DNA of 64,000 nucleotides from a virus (lineage: Duplodnaviria; Caudoviricetes). How positions within the stretch are numbered: position 1 is the stretch's first letter; each line of letters starts with the position of its first letter. Location of the stretch: positions 1,213 through 65,212 of the IMG/VR virus record IMGVR_UViG_3300021135_000011; one strand, given 5' to 3'. The position numbers were made by a program, and so were the translations under genes. Below are positions 20,642-30,008 of the stretch, one piece after another. The notes under the pieces were generated by a model that saw nothing but the letters and a program-made list of their open reading frames with translations, had not been told where the DNA came from and made no database searches.

Positions 20642-21310
20642 TTATTTTCCATATTCATAGTCTAAAATTTTACCAACTAAATCTGAACGGTGATTAGTTT
20701 GTAATTTTATCCATTTAATCTCTTCTATCTTTTTAGAAAGTTCTATTACAAAACTTAGTCCGTTTATTTCTCCTGTTGATGTTTTTATATCAACTTGTTC
20801 ATTATCACCATTAATGACTATTTTTCCTGTTTTACCCAGTCTTGTTAGTATAGCTAACATTTCTGATTTAGTGAGGTTTTGTGCCTCTTCTACAATCAGA
20901 ATATCTTCTATTGTTTTACCGCGTACAAATTGTACAGGAAATGCCTTTATTTTTTCTTCTTCTATTAGTCTTGCAACCTCACCTTTATCTGCACAGCATT
21001 TTTGTAAATTTTCCATTAGAGCTTCCATATAAGGATCGAATTTTTGACCTAAATCACCAGGAAGATAACCTAAACTTTTACCTACCTCGATAGTAGCCCT
21101 AGTATTATATATACAGTTAACTTGTTTCTTTTTTAAGAAGTCCAGGGCAGATTGTGCACATACTAAACTTTTACCACATCCTGCTCTACCTGTAACTACA
21201 ACTATTTGATTTTCAATAATTAAACGCTTTGTATCTTTTTGTTCTGCATTTAACTGCACAACATTTATACTTTTTATATCTGTCTTTCTTTCTCGGTTAG
21301 GTTCTTTCAT
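20642..21310 (-). CDS. phoH: PhoH-family ATPase
   Basis: GRAGCGKS, LGYLPG, FVRGKT, IVEEAQN, LTRLG, GDNEQVD, NHRS. Confidence 0.95.
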   Translation of the reverse strand: MKEPNRERKTDIKSINVVQLNAEQKDTKRLIIENQIVVVTGRAGCGKSLVCAQSALDFLKKKQVNCIYNTRATIEVGKSLGYLPGDLGQKFDPYMEALMENLQKCCADKGEVARLIEEEKIKAFPVQFVRGKTIEDILIVEEAQNLTKSEMLAILTRLGKTGKIVINGDNEQVDIKTSTGEINGLSFVIELSKKIEEIKWIKLQTNHRSDLVGKILDYEYGK

Positions 21311-21813
21311 TATTTAAGTTTAGTTAGGTGGTATAGTATTGGATAAATTTCTCCTACACGCAAAAATCCTTGTGGGTTACATCCTGGTCCGTCATAATGC
21401 ATATCTTTGATAACATGTGGGTCAAATATGCAAAATTTATCAAACTTAGGATTTCTATTATCTTGTGTCAATTCTTTTACACTTACAACATCATAGCCTT
21501 TAGTTTTTACTAAGGAACAATTTTGAAAAATATTTGGTGTTACGTCTATAAATTCATTTATATCTGCGATAATAACGCAATCAGTTGCCATATTTTTCCA
21601 ACAATTATTTTTCCATAAATCTTTTGTATTATAGAAATCTAAGTACCGCTTTACATTGCATTTTTCTTCGCGTGCAATTTTTACAGTATTATCTGTTGAG
21701 TCCATATCCCAAATATTAATTCTAATATCAGGTATTCTTGAACGATAAAAGTTTATAAACTCTTTTAAAGTTGGCTCATTGTTAAATGTTCTTGTGTAAA
21801 GATTTGCTATCAT
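21310..21813 (-). CDS. GT2-like glycosyltransferase (short, divergent type B)
   Basis: FNNE, IWDMDSTDNT, IIADINEF (DxD changed to DxN). Confidence 0.75.
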   Translation of the reverse strand: MIANLYTRTFNNEPTLKEFINFYRSRIPDIRINIWDMDSTDNTVKIAREEKCNVKRYLDFYNTKDLWKNNCWKNMATDCVIIADINEFIDVTPNIFQNCSLVKTKGYDVVSVKELTQDNRNPKFDKFCIFDPHVIKDMHYDGPGCNPQGFLRVGEIYPILYHLTKLK

Positions 21814-21816
21814 ATT

Positions 21817-22191
21817 TTAACTAAATATATAATCACATATTTTTTTATGAAATGCATTTGCATCCTTTAAAGTTTCAAATACAATTTCAATTGCCTCGTC
21901 TACATTTGCAACAGGTATAACTACTGAATAAATTTGTACACTTGGGTCACCTTCATCTTCTCCGTCTAATACTCTTGATGATAATGATGCGCCTATAATG
22001 CAACTTTTTTTATATACTACCTTATCTAAGACTCTAATTTCTTCTTCAGGATGGTCTTCATCCTCAGGTAATAGTGCATCATAATCGTGTACATATGCTA
22101 ATCTATCGTCTGATAATTCTACATAACATTTAGAAACATTACTAACTACACTATTTGGTAATTTAAAAACATTTATATCTATTCTTTCCAT
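21817..22191 (-). CDS. Acidic hypothetical protein
   Basis: ORF track. Confidence 0.6.
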   Translation of the reverse strand: MERIDINVFKLPNSVVSNVSKCYVELSDDRLAYVHDYDALLPEDEDHPEEEIRVLDKVVYKKSCIIGASLSSRVLDGEDEGDPSVQIYSVVIPVANVDEAIEIVFETLKDANAFHKKICDYIFS

Positions 22192-22196
22192 ATTAA

Positions 22197-22709
22197 TTAA
22201 GTTAATGAATTAAATCTATTTCCTCTTACTTCTAATTTTGATTCTTCCATATAAGCTTTATAAGCTTCATTAAAGGCTCTATTTAATCCTGGTAACTTCT
22301 CCATTGCACTCATTATAAATGGTCCATTACCATCCTTTCCTGTAGTTATTTTACTTACTTTTACAAAAGATTCTATATTCGCTAAAGCAAGTTTTAATGC
22401 TTGCCAAGTTCTATAGGCGGGAAGTTCAAATAATTTTTCACAATTTTGCATTGCAATTTGTATCAAATCATCTTCTGTAGAAAAATCTGCCTTAATATCT
22501 TTAAGAATGGTTTCTTCTCTATCTTCTTCTTTCATTGCAAGATAAGGATTATCTTCAGGGTTCCAAGAATACATAAATTGAAGATAAGCAAATATCTTAG
22601 TATAATTCTTAGGATAATTATCTATAATATCTTTAAGCCAAGAAATCACATAACATGATTCCGTTGGTAATGCAATATTATCTTGAACGGTAAATAGTTT
22701 TATATACAT
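22197..22709 (-). CDS. Conserved crAss-like protein (possible terminase small subunit)
   Basis: NPY...EEDRE, ITTGKDGN, C-terminal VRG; function is inference only. Confidence 0.5.
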   Translation of the reverse strand: MYIKLFTVQDNIALPTESCYVISWLKDIIDNYPKNYTKIFAYLQFMYSWNPEDNPYLAMKEEDREETILKDIKADFSTEDDLIQIAMQNCEKLFELPAYRTWQALKLALANIESFVKVSKITTGKDGNGPFIMSAMEKLPGLNRAFNEAYKAYMEESKLEVRGNRFNSLT

Positions 22710-22930
22710 TAATCTAATTTAACAGTTTTAAGAATAAATTTATCTTTAACTATTGAATAGAATTCTACCCCGTCTATTCTAAACTTATATCCAAGATACA
22801 TAGTTTCTTTATTTATAAACTTACGTCTAAGTTCTAATGGACTATAGGTAAGATCGTTTTCATTTAGATCTATTGTCCAATAATCAAATCCATCTTTTAT
22901 TGCTGCTTGTTCTACGATCAGGTCTACCAT
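22709..22930 (-). CDS. Hypothetical protein
   Basis: ORF track, coupled to neighbours. Confidence 0.55.
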   Translation of the reverse strand: MVDLIVEQAAIKDGFDYWTIDLNENDLTYSPLELRRKFINKETMYLGYKFRIDGVEFYSIVKDKFILKTVKLD

Positions 22931-22932
22931 TT

Positions 22933-24000
22933 CTATTTTATTAAGTGTTTAAATATTTCATATCTTTGCGCAGACCAAATTTTTATATCAAATTTCTCTT
23001 TAACCCGTTCTGCTAATTCCTTACCCAAAGATACAACTTCTTTTTGATTTTTCAAACAATATTTGATATTTTTTTGCCAATTATCCCAAAATAATCCAGG
23101 AAACCCTTTTAAATTAGAATAAGGAAGTGTATCAGATACTATACAAGGCAACTCTCGTGTTGCAGCTTCTAAAATTTTTAATTCAGATTTGTATCTGTTA
23201 AATTCATTATTAACTAACGGAATTAAAGCTACATCCGCTTCATCGTAGAAAGTCATGTGTTGTTGAAGCGGTCTGGTATCTAAAATTTGATAAGATTTAG
23301 TTCTAGAAAATATTGATGCCATTTTATCCCACTCACAATGTTTATCTGGTAAAGGATTAAATCCCGCCAAAGTAAATTTTGCATTATCTGTAATATATTT
23401 TTCTCCACCTAATTTAGTAAACGTGTTCTTAAGTAGAAGTATATCATTATAATGTGTACTGCCGCCAGCATAAAGAAAATTCATTTTAGAATCAACCCTT
23501 TCAATATTATTATCTTTTGTCCAAAAAGGTGTTCCAAATGGAACTGCGTTAGGAGTAACTATGCAATTCTTATTATATTCTAAAACTCTTTTTCTAAGTA
23601 TTTCTGTGGTAACAAGAACTAAATCTGCCTCTAAAATATTTTCTATAACCCTTTCGTTCATTTTATCTTTATACCACATTTGGTATACAGGGTGTGCAGT
23701 ACTTATCTCCCAATAATCATCTAAGTCTAGAACTATTTTTACTCCTTTTGCCTTTTGCTCTTGAATAAATTCTATGGTCCGCAAAGACACATCTCTATTA
23801 TAAAATATAATATCTGGTTCAAATTCGTTTATTGTAGAAATATAATCAACATTTACTTTTTGAGATTCATCAAGTGGCGTTGTTTCAGGAAGAAACATTT
23901 TTACTTGGTCAAAATCTGTAAATGGAAAATACTCTATTGGTAGAACGCATCTGTAGAAATCACATCCGTTATTTGGTTTTACTATTACGGCTATTTTCAT
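22933..24000 (-). CDS. GT-B (GT4-like) glycosyltransferase
   Basis: GCDFYR, VLDLDDYW, ADLVLVTT, PNA, YAGGSTH, DVALIPL..NEFNRYKSELKILEA. Confidence 0.88.
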   Translation of the reverse strand: MKIAVIVKPNNGCDFYRCVLPIEYFPFTDFDQVKMFLPETTPLDESQKVNVDYISTINEFEPDIIFYNRDVSLRTIEFIQEQKAKGVKIVLDLDDYWEISTAHPVYQMWYKDKMNERVIENILEADLVLVTTEILRKRVLEYNKNCIVTPNAVPFGTPFWTKDNNIERVDSKMNFLYAGGSTHYNDILLLKNTFTKLGGEKYITDNAKFTLAGFNPLPDKHCEWDKMASIFSRTKSYQILDTRPLQQHMTFYDEADVALIPLVNNEFNRYKSELKILEAATRELPCIVSDTLPYSNLKGFPGLFWDNWQKNIKYCLKNQKEVVSLGKELAERVKEKFDIKIWSAQRYEIFKHLIK

Positions 24001-24096
24001 TTATACTTTTTACTATTATTAATAACATTTTAAACCACTGATAAAATAAATATATAAACCCTAAACATAAAAGACTTTGTAAAATATCACAAATGC

Positions 24097-24999
24097 TCAT
24101 TTTTTGGTTTTTAAATAATTTAAAATAGATATAACTTCATCTTTTAAATAAGGCAAATCATAATTTTTAATTTCTTCTATTATGGGTTCATTATTAATAT
24201 CCCTATCGTAGATTGGATTATCATTTGAATCTCTATCTATTTCTTTAAATATTATATGGTTAATAGTTAGTTTGCCAAATTCTAATTGTGGATTGTGCTT
24301 TAAGATAACGTACATATAAAGACTTAATTGTATATTATACACATTTAATTTGCACTCGTCTAAATGCCCAAGTGGAAATAAAAGTTTACTTGTTATACCT
24401 TTCCAATTAGTAAAACCTTTAGTAGTTAAATTCTTATTGGTTTTATAATCTGTTATATATACTTTGTTATTTCTTACCTCTACTAAATCAGATTGCCCAC
24501 AAATTCCTGCACTTTTTAAATAAACAAAATGTTCAGGGTAAATGTAAAAGTTATCTAACTTTTGTTCTGGGGCGTATTTAACACCATCTTTTATTATTGG
24601 TTTAGCTATAGAACAACTTATTTCATCTCTTTCTATGGAGTCAACGCCGCAAATTTGTTTTTCACGCTCTCTGTGATACCAATTACCCCTAATTACAGAT
24701 TCTTCATTTGTTTGTTTCCAAATGGCCTTTATTTCTTCTGGGTCTTTGCCATACCACTTAGATTTTTTATTTTTAGAAGAGCTAAGTGCCTTTGCTTCAA
24801 CATCAAATTCTTCCTCAAACATTTTAACAACAGAAGTTACGGATACCCATTTGATATCGTCTTCAGGATTAATAGAATTATATTGGTGTTGGTCTTCTAC
24901 AAATTTTACCATATTATTGTTTAAAGGATTTGTTATTGGAATTTTTGCAGATTGTTTTGCAACAAATACTAATAAGATTATTACTATAATTATTACCAT
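24097..24999 (-). CDS. PD-(D/E)XK (Cas4/RecB-like) exonuclease
   Basis: SVTSVV, RGNWYH, ICGQSDLV, ITDYKTN, YNIQLSLY; start at 24999 or 24912. Confidence 0.85.
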   Translation of the reverse strand: MVIIIVIILLVFVAKQSAKIPITNPLNNNMVKFVEDQHQYNSINPEDDIKWVSVTSVVKMFEEEFDVEAKALSSSKNKKSKWYGKDPEEIKAIWKQTNEESVIRGNWYHREREKQICGVDSIERDEISCSIAKPIIKDGVKYAPEQKLDNFYIYPEHFVYLKSAGICGQSDLVEVRNNKVYITDYKTNKNLTTKGFTNWKGITSKLLFPLGHLDECKLNVYNIQLSLYMYVILKHNPQLEFGKLTINHIIFKEIDRDSNDNPIYDRDINNEPIIEEIKNYDLPYLKDEVISILNYLKTKK

Positions 25000-25274
25000 A
25001 AAGGTTCTTGTTCTAATTCTTGTAAAGAACATTTAGAATCTAAAGATGCTGTAAGGAATGCAATATTACAACCACAAACACCACAAGCAGGTTCACCTTT
25101 TATGAAAGCTTTTTCTGAATTACCTTCTTTATCATAAAAACCGCACTTATTAGACTGACATATCTTTAATCGTTTCTTTGCCTGTTCTTTTGCCTTTTTA
25201 GACCCAAAAAAATGATTATAGATACCGTCAACTATTAGACTCTTTTTCTTCCAAATCTCTTGCAGCTTGTTCAT
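24993..25274 (-). CDS. Cys-rich Zn-binding-like protein
   Basis: RLKIC...C, CGVCGC, C-terminal C...W. Confidence 0.65.
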   Translation of the reverse strand: MNKLQEIWKKKSLIVDGIYNHFFGSKKAKEQAKKRLKICQSNKCGFYDKEGNSEKAFIKGEPACGVCGCNIAFLTASLDSKCSLQELEQEPLW

Positions 25275-25647
25275 CTAACATTTTTTGTTTATGTATAAAA
25301 AAGAATTGTTTTCTTTCTTTATCCGTTTTATATTCTTCTTGTATTCGTTTAATATTTTCTAACTGCTCACTAACTCCCCTTTCAATTTGTTCTTTTCTTG
25401 GGCCATCTGAATAATCTTTAACATGCTCAAGTATTCTTTCATATTTTCTTTTAGTACTTTCCATTGTGCGTTCTTTACAATAAAAAGCCCCTAAGTTGTC
25501 TACTACTATTTTTTTTGAGGACATACTTGAAAGTTTCTCACGTAAGTGTTTATAGAATAGTTCTATAACTTGTTTACAAACCTCCTCAGAAAATTCTGAT
25601 TGAACAGCAGTTTTTGGTATAAGGGTTTTAGCTTTCAGTGGGGTCAA
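25228..25647 (-). CDS. HU/IHF-like DNA-binding protein
   Basis: Helical N-terminus then KIVVDNLGAF (IxGxGxF-like); usual position in crAss-like late modules. Confidence 0.6.
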   Translation of the reverse strand: MTPLKAKTLIPKTAVQSEFSEEVCKQVIELFYKHLREKLSSMSSKKIVVDNLGAFYCKERTMESTKRKYERILEHVKDYSDGPRKEQIERGVSEQLENIKRIQEEYKTDKERKQFFFIHKQKMLDEQAARDLEEKESNS

Positions 25648-26065
25648 GGCAAAGTAATTGATAGTTAATTAATAAATTAGCGTCTGTATGAATTTCCATT
25701 AACGGGTTAATCCAAACTTGGATATTACTTTTATTCCTGCCCTTTCTTGAGACCAACCCCAATTCGGACATCTTAGATAAAGCATTCCTAGCCGATTGGC
25801 AAGAATCAAATATATATTTATATTCTTTCTCTGTGCCTTTATACTTTTTAATTTTTGTACCACAACTAGATTCAGTTTTAATTAATTCTTCACAAAAAGT
25901 AGAAAGTTTAGTTTTACCAAGTATGGCTAATAGAACAAGCATATCCAAATCCGCATTAGTAATTTGAATGCCTCTTAGTGCACACCAAGAAAGAATCTGA
26001 TATCTAATCAGACCCCATCTTGATATACGTTGTTTTATTTGAACTGGTTTAACTGTTGCTTTCAT
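25628..26065 (-). CDS. Winged-HTH-like protein
   Basis: QSARNALSKMSELGLV. Confidence 0.5.
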   Translation of the reverse strand: MKATVKPVQIKQRISRWGLIRYQILSWCALRGIQITNADLDMLVLLAILGKTKLSTFCEELIKTESSCGTKIKKYKGTEKEYKYIFDSCQSARNALSKMSELGLVSRKGRNKSNIQVWINPLMEIHTDANLLINYQLLCLDPTES

Positions 26066-26328
26066 TATTTAGTCTTTAACTTCTTTTCTGTTGGTACTTC
26101 TTTTTGCTTTGGTACATCTACTCCATCTTCTAATGGGTTTTGTTCTTTCTTTGTGGCTAGAACTTCTTCCATTTGCAAAGTAGTAAAAATTTCATTTGCG
26201 CGGGCAGTTACCATTTTAGTTCTAAGTTCCTGTAATTCTGTTTGAAGCTTCTGCAATTCGATTGCCTCTTTAAGATTCTTCATTATTTCTTCTTGTGTGT
26301 AACCCTGTGGGTGTTTCTGATTTTCCAT
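26065..26328 (-). CDS. Coiled-coil hypothetical protein
   Basis: ORF track; preceded by a promoter. Confidence 0.65.
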   Translation of the reverse strand: MENQKHPQGYTQEEIMKNLKEAIELQKLQTELQELRTKMVTARANEIFTTLQMEEVLATKKEQNPLEDGVDVPKQKEVPTEKKLKTK

Positions 26329-26349
26329 TGTTATAATTTAATCGTTAAT

Positions 26350-26381
26350 ATAATATACGTAATTAATTTGAATTAAACAAA
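26350..26381 (-). promoter_or_regulatory. Promoter TTTG-N20-TATATTAT
   Basis: tttg 26381-26378, 20-nt spacer, tatattat 26357-26350. Confidence 0.6.
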
Positions 26382-26530
26382 TTTAGTTTAAACTTTTTAT
26401 ATTTAATTGCTCCTCTAATTCTTTTATAGCTATTTTTAGTTCACAAATTCCCTTCTGTATACTATATATTAGATTTGGATACACCTTATTACCATTTTTA
26501 TCTATATAAAATTCTAATGCTTTTTCCATA

Positions 26531-26764
26531 TTAATTAAAATCTATTTGTGATAATTGTTTTAATATTTCTTGCCAATCTTCAAATTTTTCATAAACGCAT
26601 TTTATATCTCTATCCTTAGTACTATATTCAATTATATATTTATCTTCTTGGATAATCCATGATTGTATTGATATTACTTCTTTGCGTTTTATAAAAAAAT
26701 GTTGCAACCCACTAATAAAAATTCTAATACTAAAGTAATCTTTTTCTATATTAATTTTATTCAT
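26531..26764 (-). CDS. Hypothetical protein
   Basis: ORF track. Confidence 0.55.
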   Translation of the reverse strand: MNKINIEKDYFSIRIFISGLQHFFIKRKEVISIQSWIIQEDKYIIEYSTKDRDIKCVYEKFEDWQEILKQLSQIDFN

Positions 26765-26777
26765 TATATCTTTTTAG

Positions 26778-26848
26778 TAGTCCTGCATGGAATCAAACCA
26801 CAATTAAAGGCTCCAAAAACCATTGTCTTATCATTAGACCACAGGACT
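26778..26848 (-). tRNA. tRNA-Gln(UUG), degenerate
   Basis: Acceptor AGTCCTG/CAGGACT, D-stem GTCT/AGAC, anticodon loop TTTTGGA (stem has a T-T mismatch), T-arm TGTGG-TTTGATT-CCATG; no encoded CCA. Confidence 0.75.
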
Positions 26849-26853
26849 TAGTA

Positions 26854-27864
26854 TTAGAAATTAAACTGATTGGTAGTACTTATCCATTGTTGTAAAGCTC
26901 TTTTAGAATTCCTTTTTAAAAGTCTTTTATTAGACCAGGTACTTATTCTTGGGTATTTTAAAGAATAATACATTGCGTTTATCGTGTCTGTAATATCTTT
27001 AGTTGATGCCTGTGAATGTTTATTAACAAATTCTATTTCATGTGAAGTAACTATTGGAACTTCTTGATTTACAAAATCTGCAGACACAATATTATAGGTC
27101 TCAGATAAAGAGACCTGCATCCCTAAATCCATAGTTCTTACTATATCTAAGAACTCAGTGTGTGAATGCCAAGTGTGTTCAATTAAATAATTTTGAGTTC
27201 CATCAAACAAACTTCTTAGATTCTTAAGTACTTCTTCTCCTTTATTCTCTACTCTAGAACTATTTATATGAAAATATAAAGTTTTTTTAGTTTGCCTTGC
27301 AAATTCTATTGCTGCTAATGCCTGAATTAATTGATTTTTTAAAGGGCGAATTGCACCAAAGCAGCCTATGTGTAACTCAGATTCAGGATAAGTATTTAAA
27401 ATATTTACAGGTTTAGATATAGGATAGTAGTTTGGTAAATATAAAACTACCTTATTTAATATCCTTTCTAAGGATTCCTTTGTTTGATAATAATTAACAG
27501 CAACAAATACATTAGAATATTTAGTATATTTCTTTAACCATTCTATTGCTACCCCTTCGTTAGCCAAAAACGGTATGTGGGAATGCAACCTAATAACCCA
27601 TCTTACATTAGGGTGTAGTGCCTTTAATTCTTGAAATTTTTCTGGCACAACCCATAACGCTTCAATTATAACTAGGTCTGGATTAAATAAAGTTACTTCT
27701 TTGTCTATACAATTATTGTCTTGTACCTCTACAACTGTACTATTTATATTATTTTTATTTAGCATACCTACTACAAACTGCGCAGAATTAAACAATCCTC
27801 CAGAAACAGTAGAATAACTATTAGTATATTCTGTCTTGGCTTTAACAATAAAAAGAATTCTCAT
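26854..27864 (-). CDS. GT-B fold glycosyltransferase-like
   Basis: MRILFI, PDLVIIEALWV, LPNYY, CFGAIRPLKNQ, QVSLSETYNIVSAD. Confidence 0.75.
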   Translation of the reverse strand: MRILFIVKAKTEYTNSYSTVSGGLFNSAQFVVGMLNKNNINSTVVEVQDNNCIDKEVTLFNPDLVIIEALWVVPEKFQELKALHPNVRWVIRLHSHIPFLANEGVAIEWLKKYTKYSNVFVAVNYYQTKESLERILNKVVLYLPNYYPISKPVNILNTYPESELHIGCFGAIRPLKNQLIQALAAIEFARQTKKTLYFHINSSRVENKGEEVLKNLRSLFDGTQNYLIEHTWHSHTEFLDIVRTMDLGMQVSLSETYNIVSADFVNQEVPIVTSHEIEFVNKHSQASTKDITDTINAMYYSLKYPRISTWSNKRLLKRNSKRALQQWISTTNQFNF

Positions 27865-27962
27865 ATATTTAATTTAAGTTTTTACAAAGGGTTCCCGTTA
27901 ACTCAGGTCAAATCGCTTGATAGATTATATCTACACGGAACAAATAGATTACTCCTGTAATA

Positions 27963-27994
27963 CAAAGATAAACTAAATAAGTTTATAAAACAAA
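27963..27994 (-). promoter_or_regulatory. Bacteroidota-type promoter TTTG-N20-TATCTTTG
   Basis: Exact -33 TTTG and -7 TAnnTTTG, facing the 26854..27864 gene. Confidence 0.75.
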
Positions 27995-28138
27995 TATTTT
28001 TTAAAAAATTTTATTTTGGATTTTTTGGTGTGTAGATGTGTATGATATAGCTCACCCATACAACGCACCGCCTTAGATATATATGGGGAAGTACCCCCGT
28101 ATCAATTTCATTTTTCACCAAATCAAATACGTACTATT

Positions 28139-28642
28139 ATGGTAACGACTGATGTTCAATTAAAAGTAAAGACCGTTACATTGACTAACGGCACCACGAG
28201 AAATAATCTCGTAGGATTTGTTCTCGGCAGAAAGGCATATGTGCCTGATTGTAATTCTGTTGCTGAATTCATTGCAGACGTGAATGCAGGTCGTCGTGAT
28301 CTCACAGGCATCTCTGAAGGTAAGGAAGTGTCCAATTGGACTAATCCTAAGACTGGATTGGTTGAACCATTTGTTGGTACGTCTTCATGCGTTTGGGGCA
28401 CAACAAGTCCTGTTCAGACTGCGGCACAGGCTCTGGAGTACCAAAAGAAAATGGACGCTCTATTAGCCCGTAAAGAGGGTCGTGATACATCTGCGCCTGT
28501 TGTGGATTATGTTCAGGCTGATCTGCAAGCTGTAACTGCACGTAGGGAAGCTATTCGTGCTAAATTGGCTCAAGCGGCTGAATTAGAGGCTCAAAAGCAA
28601 TTAGCTGCGGCTGGTGCTAATACTGAACCTGTATTGCCTTAG
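28139..28642 (+). CDS. First plus-strand gene; Ala-rich hypothetical protein
   Basis: 167 aa, visibly higher GC than neighbours. Confidence 0.75.
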   Translation: MVTTDVQLKVKTVTLTNGTTRNNLVGFVLGRKAYVPDCNSVAEFIADVNAGRRDLTGISEGKEVSNWTNPKTGLVEPFVGTSSCVWGTTSPVQTAAQALEYQKKMDALLARKEGRDTSAPVVDYVQADLQAVTARREAIRAKLAQAAELEAQKQLAAAGANTEPVLP

Positions 28643-29028
28643 TACTTAAATTACTCTCATTGACTGGACACATGATACTTGAACGTATTGTGTGTCCTTG
28701 TTAATGGGTTAAGTCTTGAGTAAGGGTGAATGCAATTTGTTGTAAGTCGTATGTAATCTAATCATTATATGTGATGGTATCGAATGCATTATCTCATCTA
28801 CTCGAATGTGAACTCGTGGAAGCTCTACTCATGTTTAGGGTTCACAATTTGTCGAAGATATGAGACACAATTGTAATGGGTGGGTGGGAAATATCATACA
28901 TCCTTCCAAGTTCTACCATTACGGCAATCCCAAATAGTAGAGAAATGAACACCGTATAAGGAGTTTTCTATTGTATAGCTAGTATAGATTTAATTATCTA
29001 AGCATACTATTCTATTTTAGTTAAGTGC
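28642..29028 (+). ncRNA. Putative ~390-nt multi-hairpin RNA
   Basis: ggacacatgatac/gtattgtgtgtcc (13 bp, 2 G-U), ctcattgac/gttaatggg, tgtgaactc/gggttcaca, gtaatgg/ccattac; ends gtacttaa/ttaagtgc. Confidence 0.55.
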
Positions 29029-29040
29029 AATTCTAATTTA

Positions 29041-29313
29041 TTACATTGTAGTCTTAGGTATGAATTGTAAGTTGCAATTGTATTCCAATACATTAGCAAT
29101 TTCTATTATAAGACCTAATTGCAATTGCATTGGATTATTCAATAATAGATTCAATTGCTTTCTACTCATCTTTAATCTCTTTGCTAATTGCACTTGAGTA
29201 TATTTTTTAGACTTAATTAGTTCTTTTAAGTCAAATGTAACTTCTGTAGGGATAGAAAGTAATAACTTAGATTGCATTGTGTAACATTTTTTAGTACAAT
29301 ATAATATAAACAA
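29041..29313 (-). CDS. XRE-family HTH regulator (start probably MQSK)
   Basis: YTQVQLAKRLKMSRKQLNLLLN; promoter TTTG-N20-TATATTAT at 29332-29301. Confidence 0.8.
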   Translation of the reverse strand: MFILYCTKKCYTMQSKLLLSIPTEVTFDLKELIKSKKYTQVQLAKRLKMSRKQLNLLLNNPMQLQLGLIIEIANVLEYNCNLQFIPKTTM

Positions 29314-29501
29314 TTAGTTTTAATTAAACAAATTGGCATTTTAATTAAGGTTTTATATTAATTTATATAAGAATATGAGGGGAAATTGGGTATTAATCCT
29401 TTTATTTATGTAGTCACTTAACTACAAATCACCTATTTAAAAATAAAAAAATTCGGACGAATATGGGTAAATAATTTAATTCACGCCTAAATCTATTAAA
29501 A

Positions 29502-29774
29502 ATGGATAGAAGATTTGATGATACAAATGAAAGATTAATTCTTAATTGTATTAAAGAGTATTATCCTTTAGAAGTATATACAGATAGTCTTATGATAAGA
29601 TTTGTTTATTCTAAGGTATTTAGTAAACAGATATTATTTAATTGTTTGAATAAGCTTTTAGATAAGAATTGCATTTTGCAAAATAAAAAAGGCAAATATT
29701 TATTTCATAAAGGATTAGATAAATTTGAATTAATTAGTTCTTATTGTAATAAATGTATTTATTCTATTAGATAG
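29502..29774 (+). CDS. Hypothetical (wHTH-like) protein
   Basis: ORF track; LFNCLNKLLDKNCI...GKY. Confidence 0.5.
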   Translation: MDRRFDDTNERLILNCIKEYYPLEVYTDSLMIRFVYSKVFSKQILFNCLNKLLDKNCILQNKKGKYLFHKGLDKFELISSYCNKCIYSIR

Positions 29775-29824
29775 ATTTATTATAACAATTGCACACCAAA
29801 AAATAAAAAAATTTAAGTCTAAAA

Positions 29825-29982
29825 GTAATAGATAGCAGTAGGATCTAGTAATAATACATAAAAAGAGCCATGAGACGAATCCCAATAATGCCGAGGGTAG
29901 AGGCAAGTGTTATTACTATTACAATAAGATTTTCCAATAAACAACTATGTATGGGTAAGAGTTGTATCTTATTATCTATTAT
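29825..29982 (+). ncRNA. Putative structured RNA
   Basis: Closing gtaatagata/tatctattat; inner tagtaataatac/gtgttattacta, aataagat/atcttatt, acaact/agttgt. Confidence 0.55.
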
Positions 29983-30008
29983 GAATTGCACATTTATTTT
30001 TAAAAATG

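Noticed and set aside
16348-24000. Host capsule/LPS locus (chimeric contig or prophage boundary)
   Set aside because: GT genes abut terL and are interleaved with phage genes of the same composition; no wzx/wzy, sugar-synthesis genes, integrase or att site seen
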